Source of the DNA: Candidatus Nanohaloarchaea archaeon
GTDB taxonomy: Archaea; Nanohalarchaeota; Nanosalinia; Nanosalinales; Nanosalinaceae
DNA: 64,000 nt
Direction of reading: 5' to 3'
NCBI GenBank assembly: GCA_014297435.1
Contig: JACOQA010000004.1
Location: forward strand, 64,001 to 128,000
In this document: positions 30,859 to 40,442 of the stretch, one piece after another
Position numbering within the stretch: the first letter of the stretch is position 1
How the letters are laid out: the number at the start of each line of letters is the position of its first letter
Notes under the pieces: model-generated
Databases searched by the model: none
What the model saw: the letters and a program-made list of their open reading frames with translations, nothing else
What the model was told of the DNA's origin: nothing
Program-made: the position numbers and the translations under genes

Positions 30859-31974
30859 CTAGTTGCTCTTTTCTTCGAGTTCTTCTTCGAGTCCGAGCTT
30901 CTCAGCTAGTTCTTTGTAGCGGTTTCTGATTGTTACTTCTGTAACTCCGACTACGTCGGCAACTTCTCTCTGTGTTCTTTTCTCGCCTTCTAGGACTGCG
31001 GCGATGTAGAGTGATGCTGCTGCAAGACCTGTAGGTCCTTTGCCGGAGAGTAGGTCTCTTTCTCTTGCTTCTTTGAGGATGTTTCTTGCTCTTGCCTGCA
31101 CTTCTCCTGAGAGCTGTAGCTTTCCTGCAAATCTTGGGACGTAGTCCTGTGGTTTTGCTGGAAGGATTCTTAGTCCGAGTTCTCTTGCGACGTAACGGTA
31201 AGCTCTTCCGATCTCTCGTTTTTCGATTCCTGATGCTTCGGAGATTTCGTCCAGGGTTCTTGGCGTTCCCTGTTTTCTTGCGACGATGTAGAGCAGTGCT
31301 GAGATGATGGATTCCATCGATCTTCCTCTTACTAGTCCTTGGTCTACAGCTTTTTCGTATAGGCGTGCGACTTCTTCATGGACTGATTCAGGAAGGTTTA
31401 GGTTGGACACCATCGAGTTGAGTTCAGAGAGTGCGAATCCAAGGTTGCGATCCTTGGACTTTGTGAGTCTCTTGTGCCATTTTCTGAGTCTGTAGTACTG
31501 GGCACGTTTGTTTCCTGAGACCTTGTAGAGTTCCCCTGAGCCTTTTCCGATCTCGGTGGATACTCCCATGTCGTGTTTTGTGTAGGTCAGAGGCTGTCCG
31601 GCTCTTGCCTTCTTTTCTCTTTCCTGTTCGTTGAATGCTCTCCATTCTGCGGATTCGTCGATTCTGTCTTCGTCAATGATTAGCCCACAGTCGACACAGG
31701 CGAGTTCTCCCTGTGCAGAGTCTTCTTTGAAGCGCTGGCTTCCACATTCAGGACATGTTAGAACTGTGTCGCCTTCTTCGGCTTCTTCACGTTTGATCTC
31801 GTAGCCTTCTCCCTGACCGACTTTTTCTTCCTCTTGTTCTGGTTCTTGGTCTGGTGTTTCAGCTTCTTCCTGTTCTGCTTCTTCTGCTTTTCCATCCTCG
31901 TCTTCTTCCCATTCCTCGGGGATCTGGTAGTCGTCGAACTGTCTCCTTGGTACGTTGTGCGAGTGTTCTGTCAT
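30859..31974 (-). CDS. tfb: Transcription initiation factor IIB
   Basis: CPECG..CVDCG Zn ribbon, EWRAF B-reader, cyclin repeats, VTEVTIRNRYKEL; ATG 31974 with GGAGGT SD. Confidence 0.97.
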   Translation of the reverse strand: MTEHSHNVPRRQFDDYQIPEEWEEDEDGKAEEAEQEEAETPDQEPEQEEEKVGQGEGYEIKREEAEEGDTVLTCPECGSQRFKEDSAQGELACVDCGLIIDEDRIDESAEWRAFNEQEREKKARAGQPLTYTKHDMGVSTEIGKGSGELYKVSGNKRAQYYRLRKWHKRLTKSKDRNLGFALSELNSMVSNLNLPESVHEEVARLYEKAVDQGLVRGRSMESIISALLYIVARKQGTPRTLDEISEASGIEKREIGRAYRYVARELGLRILPAKPQDYVPRFAGKLQLSGEVQARARNILKEARERDLLSGKGPTGLAAASLYIAAVLEGEKRTQREVADVVGVTEVTIRNRYKELAEKLGLEEELEEKSN

Positions 31975-32182
31975 AATATTGTTACCTCCTGGACGCGATG
32001 GAGCTTGTTCAGATACATTTCGAATTATATGTTCAGCTTGAACGAACTCCGATACTTTTAACCAATACATCCCTTAACTTTATATACCTTTCCACCGGTT
32101 TGTTCATTCCCTACTCACAACACCTCTTAGCATGAATAATAAATGATTGTTTCCCACAATCGAAAATATGCTGGAAGAGGAG

Positions 32183-33238
32183 ATGCGATTCAAGCGAGAA
32201 ATAATAGGAGTATCCGCGCTCCTCATCCTAGGCAGCCTATTTATACTCTATCCTTTTCTCGACGCCATAATATTCGCAATCGCAACCTCATATCTTTTGA
32301 GATCAATGCACAGGAGGCTGAACTCGAAACTTCACAACAACTTCCTGTCTTCGTTAATTGTGGTCAGTACCATAGTCGGCGTAATATTCCTGGGAACATT
32401 TCTGTTCATCAATAACTTCACAGAGGTCTCAAACGCCACCACAGGCGTGGCAGAAAACATGCAGAACAAAACCCAAGAGGTCATACAGAACCTAGAGACC
32501 TCAGAAGACGTAAAAATGCAGCTCCAAAACCAGCTGGACAAACTTCTCGAGCCTGAGAATGTCAGAAGCCAGCTTGAAGGTATAATAGCGTCTCTACCCG
32601 GTTTATTCATAGACCTCGGCATATTCCTCGTGACCGCTATCTATCTATTCCGAGACGGAACAGACCTGAAACGAAAATTCTTCTCACTGGTAGAGGATCT
32701 ACCTGACAACGAGGAGAAAATTGTCCGAACACTGACAACATCAATAGACTCCATATTCAGAGGTGTATTCCTTACCCAGTTTACAGTAGCCGCGATACTT
32801 GGTCTAATAACAGGAATAGGATTCTACCTCATAGGCTCAATAACAACACCAATACCATTCACAATTCTATGGGCGATACTAATTGGAATAGCAGCCCTAA
32901 TGCCTCTATTTGCGGCATTCATGATCTACGGACCAATAGGATTCTACTACCTGTTTGTCGGCATGCCAGTTAAGGGAACACTGATCCTGGCATTCGGAAC
33001 AATCGTGCTTAACGTCCTGCCAGAAGTATTCCTAAGACCTTATGTCGGTTCAAAACAAATGAATGAGCATCCGCTGATCATCTTTATAGGGTTTATAGCC
33101 GGTCCACTTACTCTTGGTCTGAAAGGTCTAGTACTCGGACCCGTACTACTGATACTTGCAAAGGACTTCATCATGAATTACAGCGAACTCGTCTCCGATC
33201 AGGATTCGACCCGCAACGAGAACAGCGAGAACCAGTAA
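32183..33238 (+). CDS. AI-2E (PerM/UPF0118) family transporter
   Basis: LRP....HPLIIFIGFIAG...G.GLVLGP. Confidence 0.9.
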   Translation: MRFKREIIGVSALLILGSLFILYPFLDAIIFAIATSYLLRSMHRRLNSKLHNNFLSSLIVVSTIVGVIFLGTFLFINNFTEVSNATTGVAENMQNKTQEVIQNLETSEDVKMQLQNQLDKLLEPENVRSQLEGIIASLPGLFIDLGIFLVTAIYLFRDGTDLKRKFFSLVEDLPDNEEKIVRTLTTSIDSIFRGVFLTQFTVAAILGLITGIGFYLIGSITTPIPFTILWAILIGIAALMPLFAAFMIYGPIGFYYLFVGMPVKGTLILAFGTIVLNVLPEVFLRPYVGSKQMNEHPLIIFIGFIAGPLTLGLKGLVLGPVLLILAKDFIMNYSELVSDQDSTRNENSENQ

Positions 33239-33629
33239 CTTTTCTACCGCAGTTAGAACAGTTTAACTCCCACCTATACTTCTCATCAGTTCCGAGATCC
33301 AAAAATCCTTCAAAATCTGCTTCAAGGTGGAGCGCAAGATTCTGAAGCGGTTTATCATCCGTAACCAGTGTATGCCCTGTTTGAACTGCAAGTGCAAGAA
33401 GTTTCTCATCTTCGTCCGAGGTAGGTGAATTAATCTCATCTGACTTCGATCTTACTTTTCCCAGAATCTTTTCAGAAGGCGTTCTTACTTCATATTTGAG
33501 GTTACGAAGGTTGTTACGACCTTTAGAGCTCTTAATCTCTTCAAGAACTTCAGGAACCATCAAAGCAGTGTCAAAAGCATAACTACCTCTCCCATGCACG
33601 ATTACGTTAGTGTCGACAACGGCTTTCAT
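33171..33629 (-). CDS. nob1: Nob1-like PIN endonuclease with Zn ribbon
   Basis: VVDTN, LVTDD..LQN, CxxC..CxxCG. Confidence 0.85.
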   Translation of the reverse strand: MKAVVDTNVIVHGRGSYAFDTALMVPEVLEEIKSSKGRNNLRNLKYEVRTPSEKILGKVRSKSDEINSPTSDEDEKLLALAVQTGHTLVTDDKPLQNLALHLEADFEGFLDLGTDEKYRWELNCSNCGRKVTGSRCSRCGSNPDRRRVRCNS

Positions 33630-33752
33630 ACACCCTTAGTTTAAGACCTATGCTTAAAACCGGTTGGATTCGGTTCGAGAACCGGTTTTTTCGGGGGATC
33701 GGAACCGTTTCATATTAAAAGCTGTTTCGTGAATTCTTCGACGTGATCTATA

Positions 33753-33953
33753 ATGAGTCTACCTAACGCACCTATCGAAAGAATTATCAGGAAGGCAGGA
33801 GCAGAAAGAGTTTCAGAAGGAGCTGTAGAAGAGCTTAAAGATGCTGTCGAAGAAGTTGGCGAAGAAATTGCACGTGACGCAATCGAAATGGCTGACCACG
33901 CAGGAAGAAAAACAGTCAAAGCGTCTGACGTGGAAATGTCGGCAGAGCGATAG
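33753..33953 (+). CDS. Archaeal histone (single fold, HMf type)
   Basis: LPNAPIERIIRKAGAERVS...HAGRKTVKASDV. Confidence 0.97.
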   Translation: MSLPNAPIERIIRKAGAERVSEGAVEELKDAVEEVGEEIARDAIEMADHAGRKTVKASDVEMSAER

Positions 33954-33962
33954 TGATAGAGA

Positions 33963-34346
33963 ATGCCGACACAGATTGAAGCAGGAAAAGTCAGAAACGG
34001 CACCTACGTCATGATTGACGAGGAGCCATGCGAAGTAAGAAGCGTTTCGAAGTCAAGCCCAGGAAAGCACGGAAGTGCGAAGGCGAAGATCAAGGCCAAA
34101 GAGATCTTCGGCGGCAAGAACAAGCACATCACCAAGCCTGTCGATTCGATGATGATGTCCCCGGACGTAGAGAACAAAGTGGGACAGGTTGTTTCGAAGG
34201 AAGGAACAATCGCTCAAGTAATGGACATGGACACGTACGAGACAGAGGAAATGGAACTTCCAGAAGACCTCACGATCTCAGAAGGAGAAGAGATCGAGTA
34301 CAAGCAGATTGAAGACAGGAAGCTTTTCGAAGGCAAGAGGGAATAA
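33963..34346 (+). CDS. eif5a: Translation factor aIF-5A
   Basis: SSPGKHGSAK hypusine-site motif. Confidence 0.95.
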   Translation: MPTQIEAGKVRNGTYVMIDEEPCEVRSVSKSSPGKHGSAKAKIKAKEIFGGKNKHITKPVDSMMMSPDVENKVGQVVSKEGTIAQVMDMDTYETEEMELPEDLTISEGEEIEYKQIEDRKLFEGKRE

Positions 34347-34418
34347 AACCCCCTCATTTATTTCTACACATCTTTTCTTTTTCGAAGGATTAAAGTGGTT
34401 CTCCTCAAATTTTAGTAC

Positions 34419-35765
34419 ATGAACTATCAACGCCTAAGAGAAAAAGTTCTCGAAAAACACTATCCCTCAGACGAAGAGATTCAGGAACTAGAAAAACAGT
34501 ATCAGGAGATATCGGAACTGATCGAGTCAGAGTTCGGTCTTGAAACCCACTTTGCAGGATCAGCATCCAGAGGAACCTGCATGAAGGGCGACCGAGATAT
34601 CGATGTCTTCGTTCTATTCCCTGAAGGCACTGACACAAACACGTTAGAGGAGAAAGGACTAGAAATTGGAAGAAAGGTTTTCGAGGAAATCGGAAGAGAT
34701 TATGAAGTGGACTACGCAGAACATCCCTACACGAAGGGAGAGATAAAAGAACATGAAGTCGAGATAGTGCCCTGTATCGATACAGAAGCCGAGAATATTA
34801 CTTCTAGTGTTGATAGAACCCCTCACCACTCTCGCTGGGTGAAGAATAACCTGGATTCAAAGCAGAGAGAAGATGTTGTAATGTTGAAAAGGTTCCTGAG
34901 ATCTGAAGGCATCTACGGATCCTCTTTGAAGACCGAGGGTTTTTCCGGCTATCTCTGTGAAGTTTTGATAAACAAGTACGGCAGCTTCCAAAATTTGACC
35001 GAAGAAGCGGTGAATTGGCGCGAGAAACCTGTTTTAGATCCTGAAGAACATCACGAAGAGCTTCCTGAAAAGTTGGAGAAAAAGTTCAGCGATGAAGCAC
35101 TGATAGTGATCGATCCTGTGGACCCGGAGAGGAATGTTGCCTCAGTCTTAAGCAAGGAGAATCTTTCACGTTTCGTATTCGCTTGCTGGAAGTTCAAACA
35201 GAGTCCTGGAATAGATTTCTTCGAAATAGAAGAGAAAACTTACACCGAGTTTGAGGTAAAGCAGGAGGTGCAGGGTAGAGGAGACTTCCTTGTTCTCGAG
35301 TTCGAAAATGTCGATGAGGTAGAAGATATTGTCTATCCTCAGTTGAGGAAGACTCTTGGTCGGATCGAAGACGAACTAAAGAATAGAGATTTCCGTATAT
35401 TCGATTCAGGTTTCCATGTAGGCGACAAAACCAGAATTTTCCTGGAATTAGAGAGAGAACTGCCTGAGATAGAGGAGATGAAAGGTCCAAAGCTTTTCCA
35501 TGGAGAGAAACACGTGGAAGAGTTCTGCTCCAAGTACGATAATGTCTTTGTCCAGGACGATAGGCTGGTCGCCAAAGTCGACCGTGAGTACGTGGATGGG
35601 AAACAGTTCCTACAGGAATTCCTAAGTTCTAATCTGGAAGAGAAAGGAATACCAGAAAATATTGAGGAGGAGCTAAGCGATTATGGATTTGTTGATCCGC
35701 TGGATGGCGGGGAAAAATGGTTAAATTACTTGGGCGAGAAGCTGAGAGTAGAGGCTAAACAATAA
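34419..35765 (+). CDS. cca: CCA-adding enzyme (class I)
   Basis: GSASRGT..GDRDIDVF, YAEHPY, VDRTPHH, DPVDPERNVA. Confidence 0.96.
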   Translation: MNYQRLREKVLEKHYPSDEEIQELEKQYQEISELIESEFGLETHFAGSASRGTCMKGDRDIDVFVLFPEGTDTNTLEEKGLEIGRKVFEEIGRDYEVDYAEHPYTKGEIKEHEVEIVPCIDTEAENITSSVDRTPHHSRWVKNNLDSKQREDVVMLKRFLRSEGIYGSSLKTEGFSGYLCEVLINKYGSFQNLTEEAVNWREKPVLDPEEHHEELPEKLEKKFSDEALIVIDPVDPERNVASVLSKENLSRFVFACWKFKQSPGIDFFEIEEKTYTEFEVKQEVQGRGDFLVLEFENVDEVEDIVYPQLRKTLGRIEDELKNRDFRIFDSGFHVGDKTRIFLELERELPEIEEMKGPKLFHGEKHVEEFCSKYDNVFVQDDRLVAKVDREYVDGKQFLQEFLSSNLEEKGIPENIEEELSDYGFVDPLDGGEKWLNYLGEKLRVEAKQ

Positions 35766-36334
35766 TGGGAGAAGTCAACATAATCATAGGTCTTTCAGGA
35801 GTTGGAAAAGGAACAGTTCTAGAACAGGCGATGCTAATCACTGACGAGGACTACAAGGTCATTAACTACGGCGACAGGATGGTTGAAATCGCCAAGGACC
35901 AGAGACTCGTCGATTCAAGAGACGATCTGAAGAAATTGGATACTGAAACCAACAAACAGCTGCAGAAGGATGCTGCAGAGTCAATTTTCGACGATGCTGA
36001 GGATAACGATGTTATTGTCGAGACTCATGCCGCAATCCAGACACCTTTTGGCTATCTTCCCGGTCTTCCGAAATGGACGCTTGAAAATCTCGAGCCTTCT
36101 AAGATTATAATGCTTAGAGCTGAGCCCAAGGCGATTTATGAGAGAACCTTGGAGGACGATTCACGGGATCGCGAACATGAAGAGGTAGAACAGATCGAGG
36201 AGTACCAGGAAGTTGCGCGTGAAATGGCTTCGACAGGCGCAGTATTGACAGGAGCATATCTTTCTGTCATCGAGAACCCTGATGGTCATGCAGAGCAGGC
36301 TGCTGAAGATCTAATTGAGGTTCTTAGAGGTTAA
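35765..36334 (+). CDS. adkA: Archaeal adenylate kinase
   Basis: GLSGVGKGT, NYGD, THAAIQTPFGYLPGLP. Confidence 0.95.
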   Translation: MGEVNIIIGLSGVGKGTVLEQAMLITDEDYKVINYGDRMVEIAKDQRLVDSRDDLKKLDTETNKQLQKDAAESIFDDAEDNDVIVETHAAIQTPFGYLPGLPKWTLENLEPSKIIMLRAEPKAIYERTLEDDSRDREHEEVEQIEEYQEVAREMASTGAVLTGAYLSVIENPDGHAEQAAEDLIEVLRG

Positions 36335-37038
36335 TCAAGGTAGAGTTCTGGTGAGAGCACCATCAAGTAAGTGGTGACCACCGAACTCAATATTCTTCCT
36401 ATAATGAAGCCTGCCTGACCGAACGATTTTACTACAGTCGATGAGCTGAACCAGAGACTTACTCCAAGCAGGATGAATGAGAGTACTGTCAACGATATCA
36501 CAGCTGTTCTCTTTTCTTTGCTTCCCGCATATGATTTTTTCCAGCTTTTCAGCACGCCTTCCGTATCAAGAAGGGTGACCGGCACGAAGTAAGAAGTATA
36601 TGAGAGGAAGAACATCAGTACTAGAGTTATTGCTGGACCTACTATTCCAGCCCAAATTATTCCCTGTGAGTAGAAAACTATTCCTATGGATGAGGGAAGT
36701 GCGATAAGGACCCCTATTAAGAGTAATGCTGTAGCAGCCTTCAGTAATTTGCCAATGTTGTGTGCTGCTTCGGAGAATCCTTTTTTCAGTCCCGAATTGT
36801 TTTTCACCATCGAGACCAGCATCAGCCATACGAAGAGACTTATTATGGATAGCAGGTACATACCTCCAAAACTTGCTGTTACCGCTGATGTAGAGAGTTG
36901 GTTCCCCGATGTGTAGTCGTTGAGAACTAGAATTAGGAAGGCTGAGCTGATCAGGCTTGAGACTATTCTTGGAAGGAATAGTTTTGGTTGACCTGCCAGA
37001 TTTTTGAGGCTTTTCTTCAGCACCTCGAGATTGTTCAT
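36331..37038 (-). CDS. Hypothetical multi-pass membrane protein
   Basis: 235 aa hydrophobic ORF. Confidence 0.7.
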   Translation of the reverse strand: MNNLEVLKKSLKNLAGQPKLFLPRIVSSLISSAFLILVLNDYTSGNQLSTSAVTASFGGMYLLSIISLFVWLMLVSMVKNNSGLKKGFSEAAHNIGKLLKAATALLLIGVLIALPSSIGIVFYSQGIIWAGIVGPAITLVLMFFLSYTSYFVPVTLLDTEGVLKSWKKSYAGSKEKRTAVISLTVLSFILLGVSLWFSSSTVVKSFGQAGFIIGRILSSVVTTYLMVLSPELYLD

Positions 37039-37233
37039 GTTCGTTTCTTGGGGAAGTGAAGATTAAATATTCAGGTCTGAGTTCGCAGGTTTTTGTTTCG
37101 AGTCCATGTAGATCGGTCGAAACCTTGAGAGGTTGTCACTAAGAATGGAACACAGTTTAACGCATCTTAAATCGTTTTCTTAGTTGTTATCAATCAAAAT
37201 GATTAAAAGAGTTGTATTAAATCGTTTAGATAT

Positions 37234-37515
37234 ATGGCGAGCCTTTGGGACATCGGTAAAAGTACTGAGGAAAAGCTCGCCGATGACTTGAAGAGTAACG
37301 GCGAATTTCAAGAAATGGTCGAGCAGCATCGGCACAAGTTCGAAGACAGGTTCGAGCAAAATATGGAGGATGACGTTCCAACGCATCCATACAAGATCTA
37401 CAGGAACATCGTTGAATCAAACGAACTCAGCGATGAAGAAAAGGTAGCACTTGAACAGATGAAAGACGAATTTTCTGAAAGATGGCAGAACCTGAAGAAT
37501 CAACGAACTAACTAA
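37234..37515 (+). CDS. Hypothetical acidic protein
   Basis: 93-aa ORF; TATA-like box upstream, hairpin downstream. Confidence 0.7.
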   Translation: MASLWDIGKSTEEKLADDLKSNGEFQEMVEQHRHKFEDRFEQNMEDDVPTHPYKIYRNIVESNELSDEEKVALEQMKDEFSERWQNLKNQRTN

Positions 37516-37531
37516 AGATTCATCGGCGAGC

Positions 37532-37567
37532 AAAGGTCGGGGAGGGGAAATCCGACCTTTTTATTTT
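37532..37567 (+). terminator. Hairpin plus T-tract between convergent genes
   Basis: AAAGGTCGG (37532-40) pairs with CCGACCTTT (37552-60), followed by TTATTTT. Confidence 0.55.
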
Positions 37568-37578
37568 GTCCCGATTGA

Positions 37579-37869
37579 TTAGACTATCTCAACATAATTT
37601 CCATCAGATTCTTTCCTACCATCTTCAAGGATAAATTTGAGATCTGTCGTTAGGTCATCATCATGAACACTGAGCTTGTATTCCTCGTGTTCAGATTCCA
37701 GGTTTTCTCTTAGTCTGGGGCTTTTTTCCATGTGCATTTCAGGTCCATAGGCGAAACCTTTCTTGTGTAGAACCTCTTTAGACTTGGAGTAGGCCTCCTC
37801 TGGCTCGTATGAATCAAATAAGTCCTCGAAACTTATCACCAAGTCATAGATGTCCGGATCCGACGACAT
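37579..37869 (-). CDS. Hypothetical protein
   Basis: 96-aa acidic ORF. Confidence 0.6.
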   Translation of the reverse strand: MSSDPDIYDLVISFEDLFDSYEPEEAYSKSKEVLHKKGFAYGPEMHMEKSPRLRENLESEHEEYKLSVHDDDLTTDLKFILEDGRKESDGNYVEIV

Positions 37870-37900
37870 GTATTGTTATTTAGAAGTAACAATTAAATAA

Positions 37901-39481
37901 TTAGTTGAGGTCCTTCACCATGTAAGGTCCTTCCTTCTCGTAGTCGAACTTTCTGTAATACTCCCTAGTTCCGACAGCTGAGATAACGACAATCTTGTCT
38001 TTTCCAAGTTCCCGGGCTTTTTCCTCGGCCGTTTCCATAAGTTTTGTTCCGTACCCCGTGTGTTGTGTGTCGCCTTCTTCTCCTATTTCTGTGGCGCTTC
38101 CCATAACCTTGAGCTGACGGATAATCAAGGTGTTCTCATCTATCTCAGACCTGAAAGATTCAGGTGGCGCCCTCAAGCGTGTAAAACCAAGTATGATATC
38201 CTGATCGGTATCCTCATAGCTTAGGAAGTACTCTTTTCCGCTGGATGCATCGTAACTTCTCTCAACAAGCTCGACTTCTTCAGGTTCCCGACCATGTTTA
38301 GCTTTCTGGTGTCCTACCTCTCTACATCTTATACATCTACATCTTTCTCCTTCTTTCTCCATCTCCTGCAAAGCCATCTGTCTCATGTTTGTTAATTGAG
38401 GGCCTGCATCAACCTCTGTGGAGGGAATATCACGCATCACACGTTTGACTCGTACGTGAGGAGGCATGTGGTTCTTCAGTACTTCTTTAAGTCGTTCCTT
38501 GGCTTCTTCACTTGAGATAGGTTCGAAGTCTCCTTCCTCATACTGTCTATAAAGCTCTGTTCCCTGAATGACCTCACAAGGATAGATTTTGACCTCGTCA
38601 GGCTGATAATCTTCGTTTGAGAAAGCTTCCTTGAACTTCTCGATATCTTCCTCATAGCCCTCACCAGGAAGACCAAGCATCAAATGGTATGCAACTTTAA
38701 AACCGGCATTTTTGAGGCGTTTTGTGGCTTCAATTACTTTATCCATTCCGTGACCTCTGTTCGTTACTTCATGAGTCTCATCGAAGACGGTCTGTACACC
38801 CATCTCGGTTCTAGTACCGCCCATTTCTAGTATGCGGTCAATATGTTTTGTTTCACAGATATCAGGTCTTGTCTCGAAGGTTACGCCTACGTTTCTGACC
38901 TGTGCAGTCTCGTTCATTTTCTGTGCTTCTTCAAGAGTTTCGGCATCATCCAGCCCGGATTCTTCTGGATACGTGTTGAACGCGTCAAAAGCTCTTTTTA
39001 CGAATTTTTTCTGGTAATCAGGATCCTGGAACGGGAAGGTTCCTCCCATAACGATAAGCTTTGATTTATCGATCGAGTGTCCGTTTTTCTCATACTGCTC
39101 CAGTCTATCTGTGGCCTGATCGTAGGGGTCGTACTGGTTTCTGATTGCACGTCTTGTCGCAGGTTCCTTCCCAGTGTAGCTCTGTGGTGCGTCCTTTCCT
39201 TTCGGACAGTAGATGCAGCCTCCGCCACACGGTGCTGGACGTGCCATAATCGCTATATTGGCTATACCGGAGATTGTACGCATCGGCTTTGTCTTAAGAA
39301 GTTTTTCTGCCTCTTCCTCATCATCTTCAACAAATTTTAGGATATCCGAGTTCTTGGGCATTCCGTCGAAAGAGTGCTTTGAACAGAGGTCCTTTTTCCT
39401 CTGTTCGATCTCGTCCTTTGACTCAATTTCTCCGTTTTCGATCTCATCTATTATACCACGGGAGATTTTCTTCAGCGCCAT
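37901..39481 (-). CDS. elp3: Elp3 tRNA U34 acetyltransferase (radical SAM + KAT)
   Basis: KPMRTISG, CxxxCxxC, QSYTGKEP, MGGTF, ETRPD, QHTGYG, GTREYYRK. Confidence 0.96.
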   Translation of the reverse strand: MALKKISRGIIDEIENGEIESKDEIEQRKKDLCSKHSFDGMPKNSDILKFVEDDEEEAEKLLKTKPMRTISGIANIAIMARPAPCGGGCIYCPKGKDAPQSYTGKEPATRRAIRNQYDPYDQATDRLEQYEKNGHSIDKSKLIVMGGTFPFQDPDYQKKFVKRAFDAFNTYPEESGLDDAETLEEAQKMNETAQVRNVGVTFETRPDICETKHIDRILEMGGTRTEMGVQTVFDETHEVTNRGHGMDKVIEATKRLKNAGFKVAYHLMLGLPGEGYEEDIEKFKEAFSNEDYQPDEVKIYPCEVIQGTELYRQYEEGDFEPISSEEAKERLKEVLKNHMPPHVRVKRVMRDIPSTEVDAGPQLTNMRQMALQEMEKEGERCRCIRCREVGHQKAKHGREPEEVELVERSYDASSGKEYFLSYEDTDQDIILGFTRLRAPPESFRSEIDENTLIIRQLKVMGSATEIGEEGDTQHTGYGTKLMETAEEKARELGKDKIVVISAVGTREYYRKFDYEKEGPYMVKDLN

Positions 39482-39534
39482 AGTACACAGCTCCGGATGA
39501 AATGTTAAAAAGAAAGCCCGAGTGCTGAAAACCT

Positions 39535-40392
39535 ATGAGAAAATACCTGATTTTACCGATTTTCCTAGTTTTAGTTGTATCTCAAGCCTCTGCAGGATGG
39601 TTCGATAGTGGAGGACAGGCAGCAGTGATTAAGCTTAGTGGATCTATAACCCCTTCATCTCAAACCGGTTTAGGCGCAACTAGTTCGATAACTCCTGAGA
39701 AGATCAGAAATCTTAATGCTCAAGCAATCCGTAACAACGCCCAGGCGATAATCTACGAATGGAATTCAGGTGGGGGAGCCGTAGTTGCCTCGAAGGAGAT
39801 TAGACGCGAGATCGAGTCAGTGAAAATACCAACTGTCTGCCGCTTCCGTGATTTGGCGGCATCGGGCGCATATCTTGCCTCACTAAGCTGTGACCGTATT
39901 GTTGCCGATTCGGCTTCTATAACGGGAAGTATCGGCGTGAGAAGCTCTTACCTTGAGTTTTCCGGTCTACTCGATAAATACGGTGTCGAATATGTCAACA
40001 TCTCTTCGGGCTCTCTGAAAGAAGCAGGCTCCCAGTTCACTAACCTTTCGGAACAGGAAAGACAGCTGCTTCAGGAAAAGGTGGATAAGCTTGGAAACCA
40101 GTTTATTTCGGAAGTTGCACAGGAGAGAGATCTTAACTCTTCGGAGGTCAAAAAGGTAGAGAAAGGACAGATTTTCCTTGGTTCTGAGGCTAAAAGACTC
40201 GGTCTTGTCGATACTTTGGGCGGTAGAAAGACCGCGGTTGATGTAGCAGGGAACATGACTGGAAGACAGCTCACAACTTTTGAAGTTGAGACTGGTTCCA
40301 GCTTCAGCTTTCTCTCGTTGCTTGGCTCTGATTCACTGTTGAAAAAGTTTCTATCTAACGGGGAAAGTCCTGTAAAGGCAGAATGGAGATAG
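39535..40392 (+). CDS. sppA: Signal peptide peptidase SppA (S49)
   Basis: NSGGG, AASGAY, TGSIGV, GLVDTLG. Confidence 0.92.
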   Translation: MRKYLILPIFLVLVVSQASAGWFDSGGQAAVIKLSGSITPSSQTGLGATSSITPEKIRNLNAQAIRNNAQAIIYEWNSGGGAVVASKEIRREIESVKIPTVCRFRDLAASGAYLASLSCDRIVADSASITGSIGVRSSYLEFSGLLDKYGVEYVNISSGSLKEAGSQFTNLSEQERQLLQEKVDKLGNQFISEVAQERDLNSSEVKKVEKGQIFLGSEAKRLGLVDTLGGRKTAVDVAGNMTGRQLTTFEVETGSSFSFLSLLGSDSLLKKFLSNGESPVKAEWR

Positions 40393-40405
40393 AAAGTAGG
40401 GACCG

Positions 40406-40428
40406 GAAACTGTGTGAAAAACAGTTTC
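40406..40428. terminator. Hairpin between convergent sppA and trmB-like genes
   Basis: GAAACTGT-gtgaaaa-ACAGTTTC. Confidence 0.45.
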
Positions 40429-40442
40429 AACGGGTAAAAAGA

